Part shown: one piece after another, positions 42,801 to 57,100 of the stretch
Layout of the letters: each line of letters opens with the position of its first letter
How positions within the stretch are numbered: position 1 is the first letter of the stretch
Origin: the human T2T-CHM13v2.0 reference genome, Homo sapiens
Reading direction: 5' to 3' (one strand)
Length of the DNA stretch: 64,000 nucleotides
NCBI RefSeq assembly: GCF_009914755.1
Contig: NC_060926.1
Position numbers and translations under genes: made by a program
Notes under the pieces: model-generated
Databases searched by the model: none
Told to the model about the DNA's origin: nothing
What the model saw: only the letters and a program-made list of their open reading frames with translations

Positions 42801-45800
42801 GGAATCTTTGAATGGACCTAAATGGAATCATCATCGAATGCAAACGAATGTAATCATCATCAAATGGAATCACATGGAATCATCAAACGGAAAAGAATTG
42901 AATAATCATAGAAAGGAATTGAATAGAATCATCGAATGAAAACGAATGGAATCATCATCGAATGGAATCAAATGGAATCATCATCGAATGCAATTGAATG
43001 GAATCATCATCGAATGAATCGAATGGAATCACCAACGAATGGAATTCAAAGGAATCATCATCGAATGGAACCAAATAGAATCATCAAATGGACTCGAAAG
43101 GAATCATCGAATGGACTCGAATGGAGTTGTCATCGAATGGAATCAAATGGAATCATCGAACAGAATTGAATCAAGTCATCATTGAATGAAATCAAATGGA
43201 ATCATCGAATGGACTCGAATGGAAGCAATATCAAACGGAATCGAAAGGAATCATGGAATGCATTCAAAGGGAATAATCAAATGGACTCAAATGGAATCAA
43301 CATCAAGTGGAATCGAAAGGAATCATGGAATGGACCCGAATGGAATCATCATCGAATGGAATCGAATGGAATCATCGAATGGACTTGAATGGAATCACTA
43401 TCCAATGGAACCGAATGGAATCATCATGGAATGGAACCGGAAGGAGTCATCATCAAATGGAATCCAATGAAATCATTGAATGGACTCGAATGGAATCATC
43501 ATCAACTGGAATTGAATGGAATCATCGAACGGACTCCAGTGGAATCATCAGAGAATGGAATCGAATGGAATTATCAAACGGACTCGAATGGAATAAACTT
43601 TGAATGGAATCGAAGGGAATCATCAAATGGAATCGAATGCAATCATCGAACGGAATCGAATACCATCACCGAATGGAATCCAAAGGAATCACCATTGAAT
43701 TGACTCGAATGGAATCATCATTGAATGGAATCGAATGGAGTCATCGAATGGACTCGAATGGAATCATCATCGATTGGAATCAAATGGAATCATCGAAGGG
43801 AATCGAAAGGAATCATCATCAACTGTAATGAACTGGAATCACTGAATGGAATCGAATGGAATCGTCATCAAAAATAATCGAATAGAATAATCAAATGGAA
43901 TCAAATGCAATCAACATCAAATGGAATCGAATGGAATCCTAGAATGACATCGAATGGAATCCTCATCGAATGGAATCAAAGGGAATCAATATCGAATGGA
44001 ATCAAAAGCAATCACTGAATGGACTTGAATACAATCATCAAATGGATTTGAAGGGAATCCTCATTGAATGGAATAGAACAAGAACATTGAATGGACACGA
44101 ATGGAATCATCATCGAATGGAATCAAATGGAGTCATCAAATGGACTCGAATGGAATCATCATCAAATGGGATCATCATCAAATGGAATCGAATGGAGTCA
44201 TCGAATGGACACGAATGAATGAACAAATGGACTCGAATGGAAACATCACATAGAATCGAATGGAATCATCGAAAGGAATTGAATGGAATGATTGAATGGA
44301 CTCGAATGGAATCATCTAATGGACACGAATGGAATAATCATAAAATGGAATCGAATGGAATCATCAAATGGACTCAAATGAATGGAATCATTGAATGGAC
44401 TCGAATGGAATCATCGAATGGACTCAAATGGAATCATCATCAAATGGAATCGAATGGAATCATCGAATGGATTCGAATGGAATCACCAAATGGAATCAAA
44501 CCGAATCGTCATCGAATGGAATCGAATGGAATCATCGAATGGAATTGAAGGCAATCATCACCGAATGAAATCCAATGGAATCATCATCAAATGGAATCAA
44601 GCGGAAGGAATCATCAAATGGAATCAAATGGAATCATTGTTGAATGGAATGCAAAGGAATCATTGAATGGAATTGAATGGAATTGAATGGACTCGAATGG
44701 ATTTGTCATCGAATGGAATCAAATTGAATCATCAAATGGAATTGAATCGAATCATCATTGAATGAAATCAAATGGAATCATCGAATGGACTCGAATGGAA
44801 GCAATATCAAATGGAATCGAAAGGAATCATGGAATGCATTCAAAGGGAATAATCAAATGGACTCAAATGGAATCAACATCAAGTGGAATCGAAAGGAATC
44901 ATCGAATGGACCGGAATGGAATCATCATCGAATGGAATCGAATGGAATCATCGAATGGACTTGAAGGGAATCACTATCCAATGGAACCGAATGGAATCAT
45001 CATGGAATGGAACCGAAAGGAGTCATCATCAAATGGAATCCAATGAAATCATTGAATGGACTCGAATGGAATCATCATCAACTGGAATTGAATGGAATCA
45101 TCGAACGGACTCCAGTTGAATCATCGGAGAATGGAATCGAATGGAATTATCAAACGGACTCGAATGGAATAAACTTTGAATGGAATCGAGGGGAATCATC
45201 AAATGGAATCGAATGCAATCATCGAACGGAATCGAATGGCATCACCGAATGGAATCCAATGGAATCACCATTGAATGGACTCGAATGGAATCATCATTGA
45301 ATGGAATCGAATGGAATCATCGAATGGACTCGAATGGAATCATCATCGATTGGAATCAAATGGAATCATCGAATGGAATCGAAAGGAATCATCATCAACT
45401 CTAATGAACTGGAATCACTGAATGGAATCAAATGGAATCGTCATCAAAAATAATCGAATAGAATAATCAAATGGAATCAAATGCAATCAACATCAAATGG
45501 AATCGAATGGAATCCTAGAATGACATCGAATGGAATCCTCATCGAATGGAATCAAAGGGAATCAATATCGAATGGAATCGAAAGCAATCACTGAATGGAC
45601 TTGAATACAATCATCAAATGGATTTGAAGGGAATCCTCCTTGAATGGAATAGAACAAAAACATTGAATGGACACGAATGGAATCATCATCGAATGGAATC
45701 AAATGGAGTTATCAAATGGACTCGAATGGAATCATCATCAAATGGGATCATCATCAAATGGAATCGAATGGAGTCATCGAATGGACACGAATGAATGAAC

Positions 45801-47837
45801 AAATGGACTCGAATGGAAACATCAAATGGAATCGAATGGAATCATCCAAAGGAATTGAATGGAATTGTTGAATGGAATCGAATGGAATCATCTAATGGAC
45901 ACGAATGGAATAATCATAAAATGGAATCGAATGGAATCATCAAATGGAATCGAATGAATGCAATCATTGAATGGACTCGAATGGAATCATCGAATGGACT
46001 GAAATGGAATCATCATCAAATGGAATCGAATGGAATCATCGAATGGACTCGAATGGAATCATCACATGGAATCAAACCGAATCGTCATCGAATGGAATCG
46101 AATGGAATCATCGAATGGAATTGAAGGCAATCATCATCGAATGGAATCGAATGGAATCATCATCAAATGGAATCAAGCGGAAGGAATCATCAAATGGAAT
46201 CAAATGGAATCATTGTTGAATGGAATGGAATGGAATCATTGAATGGAATTGAATGGGATCACCAATGAACGGAATCAAATGGAATCACCTTCTAATGGAA
46301 TCGAAAGGAATCATCAAATACACTCGAAAGGAATCATCATCGAATAGAATCGTGTGGAATCGTCGAATGAACTGGAAATGAATCATAATCAAATGCAATT
46401 AAAATGAATCATCATCGAAAGGAATCACATGGAATCATCATCGAATGGAATCATACGGAAACATCACAGAATGGAATTGAATGGAATCATCAGTTGGACT
46501 CGAATGGAATCATCAAATGTACTCGAAGAGACGCGTCAAATGGACTCGAACGGAATCATCATCGAATGGAATCGAATGGGATCATCGAAGGGACTCGAAT
46601 CAAATCTTCAAAAGCACTGAAAGGGAATCATTGTAGAATGGAAATGAATAGAGTCATCAGACAGCCTCGAATGGAAACATCATTGAATGGAATTGATTGG
46701 AAACATCGAATTCACTCGAATGGAATCATCATCTGATGGAATTCAATGGAATCATCGAATGGACACAAATGGAATCATCATCAAATGGAATCCATTGGAA
46801 CGATCGAATGGAATCGCATGGAATTATCAAATGGAATGGAATGGAATCCTCTTTGAATGGAACTAAATGGAATCATCGAATGGAATCGAATGCAATCATC
46901 ATTGAATGGAATCGAATGGAATCATCGAATGGTATCCAAAGGAATCACCATTGAATGCCCTCGCAGGGAATCATCATCATAAAGAGTAGAAAGGAATCAT
47001 TGAATGGACTCGAATGGAACCATCATGGAATGGAATCACCAAATGGAAACAAATGGAATCATCATCAAATGAAATCAAACGGAATCATCAAATGGAATCG
47101 AATGGAATCATCATTGAATGGATTCGAATAGAATCTTTCAATGAAATTCAATGGAATCAGCATGAAATGGAATCCAAAGGAATCATAGAATGGTATCGAA
47201 TGGAATCATCATCGAGTGGAATGGAATGGAACGGAATCAGCATCGAATGGAATCAAAAGCAATCATTCAATGGACTCTAATAGAATCAGCGAATAGACTT
47301 GAATGTAATCATCATCGAATGGAGAAGAATGGAATCATCCAATGGACACGAATGGAATCATCCTCGAATGGAATCGAATGGAATCATATAATGGACCCGA
47401 ATGGAATCATCATTGAATGGAATAGAATGGAATCGTCATCGAATGGAATCGTATGGAATCATCTAATGAACCCGAATGGAATCATCGTCGAAATGAATAG
47501 AATGCAATCATCATCAAATGGAATCGAATGGAATCATCATCAAATAGAATCGAATGGAATCATCAAATGGAATCGAATGGAGTCGCTGTCTAATGCAATC
47601 GAATGAAATCATAGAATGGAATCCCATGGAATCAACATCGAATGGAATCTATTGGAATCATTATCAAATAGAATTGAATGGAATCACTGAATGGAATCAT
47701 CATCAAATGGACTCCAACGGAATCATCGAATTGACTCTAATGGAATCATCACTGAATGGAATAGAATGGAATAATCAAATGGAAACGAATGGAATCATCA
47801 TTGAATGGAATCGAATGGTATCATCAAATGCACTTGA
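39844..47837 (+). repeat. Higher-order unit U8, 7,994 bp, near-identical to U7
   Basis: ORF anchors are displaced by exactly 7,994 (33963/41957, 35192/43186, 36768/44762, 38410/46404, 39560/47554) with almost identical translations. Confidence 0.92.
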
Positions 47838-50800
47838 ATGGAATCATCAATGAATGCAATCGTATGGTATAATCGAATGGAATCAAATGGAATCATCTTC
47901 GAGTGGAACCTAAAGGAATCGCCAAATGGACTCCAATGGAATTATCATCGTATGGAATCGAGTGGAATCATCGAATGTACTCGAATGGAATCATCGAATG
48001 TACTCGAATGGAATCATCGAATGGAATCGAATGGAATCATGGTCGAACGGAAAAGAATGGAATCATCAAGTGGACACGAATGGAATCAACATCTGATGGA
48101 ATGGAATGGAATCATCAAATGGAATGGAATGGAATCATCATCGAATGGAATAAAATGGAATCATCAAATGGAATCAAATGGAATCATCAATGAATGGAAT
48201 CGAATGGTATCATGGAATGGAATTGAATGGAATCGTCTTTGAGTGGAATCTGAGGGAATCACCGAATGGACTCCAATCATCAGATGGAATCGAGTGGAAT
48301 CATCGAATGTAGTCGAATGCAATCATCATCGAATGGAATTGAATGGAATCAACGAATGGAATACAAAGGAATCATAGAATGGACTCGAAAGGAATCATCA
48401 TTGAATGGAATGAAATGGAATCATCATGGAATGGAATTGAATGGAATCATCGAATGGACTCGAAAGGAATTATGCTCGAATGGAATCTAATGGAATCATC
48501 AAATGGACTCAAATGGAATCATCCTCGAATGAAATCGTATGGAATCATCGAATGCAACTGAATGGAATCATTGAATGGACTTGAAAGGAATTATTATCGA
48601 TTGGAAGTGAATGGAATCATTGAATGGACTTGAAAGGAATCATCATCAAGTGGAATCGAATGGAATCGTTGAATGGACTCGAATTGAATCTTTGAATGGA
48701 ATCGAATGGAATCATCATGGAATGGAGTCAAATGGAATCATCATCAAATGCAATTGAATGGAATCTTCATTGAATGGACTCGAATGGAATCATCATCAAA
48801 TGGAATCTAATCGAATCATCAATGAAGGGAATCGAATGGAATCATCATCGAATGGAATCGAATGGAATCATCAACAAGTGGAAACGAATGAAATCATCGA
48901 ATGGAATCGAATGGTGTCATCGAATGGACACGAAAGGAATCATCGAATGGAATCCAATGGAATCACCATCGAATGGAATCAAATGGAATCACCATCGAAT
49001 GGAATGTTATGAAATCATCTCATGGACTCGAAGGGAATCATCATCGAATGGAATCGAATGGAATCATTGAATGAAATGGAAAGGAATCACCATCGAATGG
49101 AAAGTTATGGAACCTTCTAATGGACACGAAGGGAATGCTCATCGAATGGAATCGAATGGAACCATCAAATGGAATAGAATGGAGACATCGTCGAATATAA
49201 TCGAATGTAACCATTGAATGGCATCGAATGGAATCATCGACTGGAAAAGAATGGAATCATCATCGAATGGAAATGAATAGAATCACAGAATGAAATCGAA
49301 TGGAATCATCATCGAATGGAGTCTAATGGAATAATCATCGAATGGAATAGAATGGAATCATCGAGTGGACACGAATGGAATCATCATTGAATGGAATCGA
49401 ATAGAATCATTAAATGGACTTGAATGGAAACAACATCGAATGGAATCGAATTTAGTCATTGATTGGCATTGAGTGGAATCATCATTGAATGGAATCTAAG
49501 GAAATCATCGAATGGACTGGAGTGGAATCATCGAATGGACTCGAGGGGAATCATCATTGAATGGATTCTAATGGAATAATTGAATGGACTCGAATGGAAT
49601 AATCGAATGGGCTTGAGTGGAATCATCATCAAATGGAATCAAATGGAATCATCAAATAGACTTGAATGGAAACAACATCGAATGGAATCGAATTTAGTCA
49701 TTGAATTGCATTGAGTGGAATCATCATTGAATGGAATCTAAGGAAATCATCGAATGGACTCGAGTGGAATCATCGAATGGACTCGAGGGGAATCATCATC
49801 GAATGGAATCGACTGTAATCATCGATTGGACTCGAATGGAATCATCATTGAATGGAATCGAATGGAATCAATGAATGGACTCGAATAGAATCATCATCGA
49901 ATGGAATCGAATGGAATCAAAGAATGGACTCTAATGGAGTCATCATCAAATGGAATCTAATGGAATCATCTAATGGACCTGAAAGGAATCATCATTGAAT
50001 GGAATCGAATGGAATCATCGAATGGACTCGAATGGAATCATCATCGAATGGAATCTACTGGAATCATTGAATGGACTCGAATGGAATAATCGAATGGGCT
50101 TGAGTGGAATCATCATCAAATGGAATCGAATGCAATCATCAAATGGACTCGAATGGAATCATCGTCAAATGGAATCGAATGGAATCATCATCAAAGGGAA
50201 TCGAATGGAATCCTCATCGAATGGAATCGAACGGAATCATCATCGAATGGAATCACCAAATTGAATCGAATGGAATGATCGTCAAAGACAATCGAAGGGA
50301 AACATCGAATGGGATTGAACGGAGTCATCGAATGGAATCGATAGGAATCATCGAATGGATTCAAATGCAATCATCATCGAATGGAAACGAACGGAATCAT
50401 CGAATGGACACGAATGGAATCATCATCAAATAGGATTGAATGGAATCATCAAATGGCATCGAATGGAATCACCATTGAATGGAATCGAATGGAATCATCG
50501 AATGGGATCGAATGGAATCATCATCGAATAAAATCAAATGGAATAAACGAATGTACACGAATGGAATCATCAAATGGATTTGAGAGGAATCATCATCGAA
50601 TGGAATTGAACAGAATCATCAAATGGACTCGAATGGAATCCTCATTGAATGGAATCGAATGGAATCATTGAATGGAGTCGAATGGAATCATCAGCAAATG
50701 GAATCGAATGGAATCATTGAATATCAACGAATGGAATCATCATCGAATGGAGTCGAATGGAATCATCAAACGAACTCGAAGGCAATCATCATAGAATGGA

Positions 50801-53800
50801 ATCGAATGGAATCTTTGAATGGACCTGAATGGAATCATCATCAATTGCAAACGAATGGAATCATCATCAAATGGAATCACATGGAATCATCAAATGGAAA
50901 AGAATTGAATAATCATAGAAAGGAATTGAACAGAATCATCGAATGAAACCGAATGGAATAATCATAGAATGGAATCGAATGGAATCATCAACGAATGGAA
51001 CCAAATAGAATCATCAAATGGACTCGAAAGGAATCATCGAATGGACTCGAATGGAGTTGTCATCGAATGGAATCAAACGGAATCACCGAGCGGAATTGAA
51101 TCGAATCATCATTGAATGAAATCAAATGGAATCATCGAATGGACTCGAATGGAAGCAATATCAAATGGAATCGAAAGGAATCATGGAATGCATTCAAAGG
51201 GAATAATCAAATGGACTCAAATGGAATCAACATCAAGTGGAATCGAAAGGAATCATCGAATGGACCGGAATGGAATCATCATCGAATGGAATCGAATGGA
51301 ATCATCGAATGGACTTGAATGGAATCACTATCCAATGGAACCGAATGGAATCATCATGGAATGGAACCGGAAGGAGTCATCATCAAATGGAATCCAAGGA
51401 AATCATTGAATGGACTCGAATGGAATCATCATCAACTGGAATTGAATGGAATCATCGAACGGACTCCAGTGGAATCATCGGAGAATGGAATCAAATGGAA
51501 TTATCAAACGGACTCGAATGGAATAAACTTTGAATGCAATCGAAGGGAATCATCAAATGGAATGGAATGCAATCATCGAATGGAATCGAATGCCATCACC
51601 GAATGGAATCCAATGGAATCACCATTGAATGGACTCGAATGGAATTGTCATTGAATGGAATCGAATGGAATCATCGAATGGACTCGAATGGAATCATCAT
51701 CGATTGGAATCAAATGGAATCATCGAATGGAATCGAAAGGAATCATCATCAACTGTAATGAACTGGAATCACTGAATGGAATCGAATGGAATCGTCATCA
51801 AAAATAATCGAATGGAATAATCAAATGGAATCAAATGCAATCAACATCAAATGGAATCGAATGGAATCCTAGAATGACATCGAATGGAATCCTCATCGAA
51901 GGGAATCAAATGGAATCAATATCGAATGGAATCGAAAGCAATCACTGAATGGACTTGAATACAATCATCAAATGGATTTGAAGGGAATCCTCATTGAATG
52001 GAATATAACAAAAACATTGAATGGACACGAATGGAATCATCATCGAATGGAATCAAATGGAGTCATCAAATGGACTCGAATGGAATCATCATCAAATAGG
52101 ATCATCAATAAAATGGAATCGAATGGAGTCATCGAATGGACACGAATGAATGAACAAATGGACTCGAATGGAAACATCAAATAGAATCGAATGGAATCAT
52201 CGAAAGGAATTGAATGGAATGATTGAATGGACACGAATGGAATCATCTAATGGACACGAATGGAATAATCATAAAATGGAATCGAATGTAATCATCAAAT
52301 GGACTCGAATGAATGGAATCATTGAATGGACTCGAATGGAATCATCGAATGGACTCAAATGGAATCATCATCAAATGGAATCGAATGGAATCATCGAATG
52401 GACTCGAATGGAATCATCAAATGGAATCTAACCGAATCGTCATCGAATGGAATCGAATGGAATCATCGAATGGAATTGAAGGCAATCATCATCGAATGGA
52501 ATCGAATGGAATCATCATCAAATGGAATCAAGCGGAAGGAATCATCAAATGGAATCAAATGGAATCATTGTTGAATGGAATGGAATGGAATGGAATCATT
52601 GAATGGAATTGAATGGGATCACCAATGAACGGAATCAAATGGAATCATCTTCTAATGGAATCGGAAGGAATCATCAAATACACTCGAATGGAATCATCAT
52701 CGAATGGAATCGTGTGGAATCGTCGAATGAACTGGAAATGAATCATAATCAAATGCAATTAAAATGAATCATCATCAAAAGGAATCACATGGAATCATCA
52801 TCGAATGGAATCATACGGAAACATCACAGAATGGAATTGAATGGAATCATCAGTTGGACTCGAATGGAATCATCAAATGTACTCGAAGGGACGCGTCAAA
52901 TGGACTCGAACGGAATCATCCTCGAATGGAATCGAATGGGATCATCGAAAGGACTCGAATCAAATCTTCAAAAGGACTCAAAGGGAATCATTGTAGAATG
53001 GAAATGAATAGAGTCATCAGACAGCCTCGAATGGAAACATCAATGAAAGGAATTGATTGGAAACATCGAATTCACTCGAATGGAATCATCATCTGATGGA
53101 ATTCAATGGAATCATCGAATGGACACAAATGGAATCATCATCAAATGGAATCCATTGGAACGATCGAATGGAATCGCATGGAATTATCAAATGGAATCGA
53201 ATGCAATCATCATTGAATGGAATCGAATGGAATCATCGAATGGTATACAAAGGAATCACCATTGAATGCCCTCGCATGGAATCATCGTCATATAGAGTAG
53301 AAAGGAATCATTGAATGGACTCGAATGGAACCATCATTGAATGGAATCACCAAATGGAATCAAATGGAATCATCATCAAATGAAATCAAACGGAATCATC
53401 AAATGGAATCGAATGGAATCATCATTGAATGGATTCGAATAGAATCTTTGAATGAAATTGAATGGAATCAGCATGAAATGGAATTTAAAGGAATCATAGA
53501 ATGGTATCGAATGGAATCATCATCGAATGGAATGGAATGGAATGGAATGGAATCAGCATAGAATGGAATCAAAAGCAATCATTCAATGGAATCTAATAGA
53601 ATCATCGAATAGACTTGAATGTAATCATCATCGAATGGAGAAGAATGGAATCATCCAATGGACAGGAATGGAATCATCCTCGAATGGAATCGAATGGAAT
53701 CATATAATGGACCCGAATGGAATCATCATTGAATGGAATAGAATGGAATCGTCATCGAATGGAATCGTATGGAATCATCTAATGGACCCGAATGGAATCA

Positions 53801-54153
53801 TCATCGAATTGAATAGAATGCAATCATCATCAAATGGAATCGAATGCAATCATCATCAAATGGAATCGAATGGAATCATCAAATGGAATCGAATGGAGTC
53901 ATTGTCTAATGCAATCGAATGAAATCATAGTATGGAATCCCATGAAATCAACATCGAATGGAATCGATTGGAATCATTATCAAATAGAATTGAATGGAAT
54001 CACTGAATGGAATCATCATCAAATGGACTCCAACGGAATCATCGAATTGACTCTAATGGAATCATCACTGAATGGAACAGAACGGAATAATCAAATGGAC
54101 ACGAATGGAATCATCATCGAATGGAATCGAATGGTATCATCAAATGCACTTGA
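47838..54153 (+). repeat. Higher-order unit U9, 6,316 bp
   Basis: Anchors 47838, 48266, 49995, 51116, 52764, then 54154; ~225 bp deletion near 49135. Confidence 0.88.
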
Positions 54154-57100
54154 ATGGAATCATCAATGAATGCAATCGAATGGTATAATCGAATGGAATC
54201 AAATGGAATCATCTTCGCGTGGAACCTAAAGGAATCGCCAAATGGACTCCAATGGAATAATCATCATATGGAATCGAGTGGAATCATCGAATGTACTCGA
54301 ATGGAATCATCGAATGTACTCGAATGGAATCATCGAATGGAATCGAATGGAATCATGGTCGAACGGAAAAGAATGGAATCATCAAGTGGACACGAATGGA
54401 ATCAACATCTAATGGAATGGAATGGAATCATCAAATGGAATGGAATGGAATCATCATCGAATGGAATAAAATGGAATCATCAAATGGAATCATCAATGAA
54501 TGGAATCGAATGGTATCATGGAATGGAATTGAATGGAATCGTCTTTGAGTGGAATCTAAAGGAATCACCGAATGGACTCCAATCATCAGATGGAATCGAG
54601 TGGAATCATCGAATGTAGTCGAATGCAATCATCATCGAATGGAATTGAATGGAATCAACGAATGGAATACAAAGGAATCATAGAATGGACTCGAATGGAA
54701 TCATCATTGAATGGAATGAAATGGAATCATCATGGAATGGAATTGAATGGAATCATGGAATGGACTCAAATGGAATCATCATCGAATGAAATGGTATGGA
54801 ATCATCGAATGCAACTGAATGGAATCATTGAATGGACTTGAAAGGAATTATTATGAAATGGAATTGAATGGAATCATTGAATGTACTTGAAAGGAATCAT
54901 CATCAAGTGGAATCGAATGGAATCGTTGAATGGACTCGAATTGAATCTTTGAATGGAATCGAATGGAATCATCATTGAATGGAGTCAAATGGAATCATCA
55001 TCAAATTGAATTGAATGTTATCCTCATTGAGTGGACTCGAATGGAATCATCATCAAATGGAATCTAATCGAATCATCAATGAAGGGAATCGAATGGAATC
55101 ATCATCGAATGGAATCGAATGGAATCATCAACAAGTGGAAACGAATGAAATCATCGAATGGAATCCAATGGTGTCATCGAATGGACACGAAAGGAATCAT
55201 CGAATGGAATCAAATGGAATCACCATCGAATGAAATCAAATGGAATCACCATCGAATGGAATGTTATGAAATCATCTCATGGACTCGAAGGGAATCATCA
55301 TCGAATGGAATCGAATGGAATCATTGAATGAAATGGAAAGGAATCACCATCGAATGGAATGTTATGGAATCTTCTAATGGACTCGAAGGGAATCATCATC
55401 GAATGGAATCGAATGGAATCATTGAATGCAATTGAATGGAATCATCATCAAATGGAATCGAATGGAATCATCGAATGGAATCTGAATGGAATCATCAATG
55501 AATGGAATCAAATGGAATCATCTAATGGACGTGAATGGAATCATCATCGAAAGCAATGAAATGTAATTCAATCGAATGGACATGAATGGAATCATCATTG
55601 AATGGAATCAAATGGAATCCTCATCGAATGGAATCAAATGGAATCATCAAATGGAATAGAATGGAGTCATCGTCGAATGTAATCGAATGTAATCATCGAA
55701 TGGCATCGAATGGAATCATCATCGAATGGAAATGAATAGAATCACAGAATGAAATCGAATAGAATCATCATCGAATGGAGTCTAATGGAATAATCATCGA
55801 ATGGAATAGAATGGAATCATCGAGTGGACACGAATGGAATCATCATTGAATGCAATGGAATAGAATCATCAAATGGACTTGAATGGAAACAACATCGAAT
55901 GGAATCGAATTTAGTCATTGAATGGCATTGAGTGGAATCATCATTGAATGGAATCTAAGGAAATCATCGAATGGACTTGAGTGGAATCATCGAATGGACT
56001 GGAGTGGAATCATCGAATTGACTCGAGGGGAATCATCATTGAATGGAATCTAGTGGAATCATTGAATGGACTCGAATGGAATAATCGAATGGCCTTGAGT
56101 GGAATCATCATCAAATGGAATCAAATGGAATCATCAAATGGACTTGAATGGAAACAACATCGAATGGAATCGAATTTAGTCATTGAATTGCACTGAGTGG
56201 AATCATCATTGAATGGAATCTAAGGAAATCATCGAATGGACTGGAGTGGAATCATCGAATGGACTCGAGGGGAATCATCATCGAATGGAATGGACTGTAA
56301 TCATCGATTGGACTCGAATGGAATCATCATTGAATGGAATCGAATGGAATCAATGAATGGACTCGAATAGAATCATCATCGAATGGAATCGAATGGAATC
56401 AAAGAATGGACCCTAATGGAGTCATCATCAAATGGAATCTAATGGAATCATCTAATGGACCTGAAAGGAATCATCATTGAATGGAATCGAATGGAATCAT
56501 CGAATGGACTCGAATGGAATCATCATCGAATGGAATCTAATGGAATCATTGAATGGACTCGAATGGAATAATCGAATGGGCTTGAGTGGAATCATCATCA
56601 AATGGAATCGAATGCAATCATCAAATGGACTCGAATGGAATCATCGTCAAATGGAATCGAATGGAATCATCATCAAAGGGAATCGAATGGAATCCTCATC
56701 GAATGGAATCGAACGGAATCATCATCGAATGGAATCACCAAATTGAATCGAATGGAATGATCGTCAAAGACAATCGAAGGGAAACATCGAATGGGATTGA
56801 ACGGAGTCATCGAATGGAATCGATAGGAATCATCGAATGGATTCAAATGCAATCATCATCGAATGGAAACGAACGGAATCATCGAATGGACACGAATGGA
56901 ATCATCATCAAATAGGATTGAATGGAATCATCAAATGGCATCGAATGGAATCACCACTGAATGGAATCGAATGGAATCATCGAATGGCATCGAATGGAAT
57001 CATCATCGAATAAAATCAAATGGAATAATCGAATGTACTCGAATGGAATCATCAAATGGATTTGAGAGGAATCATCATCGAATGGAATTGAACAGAATCA

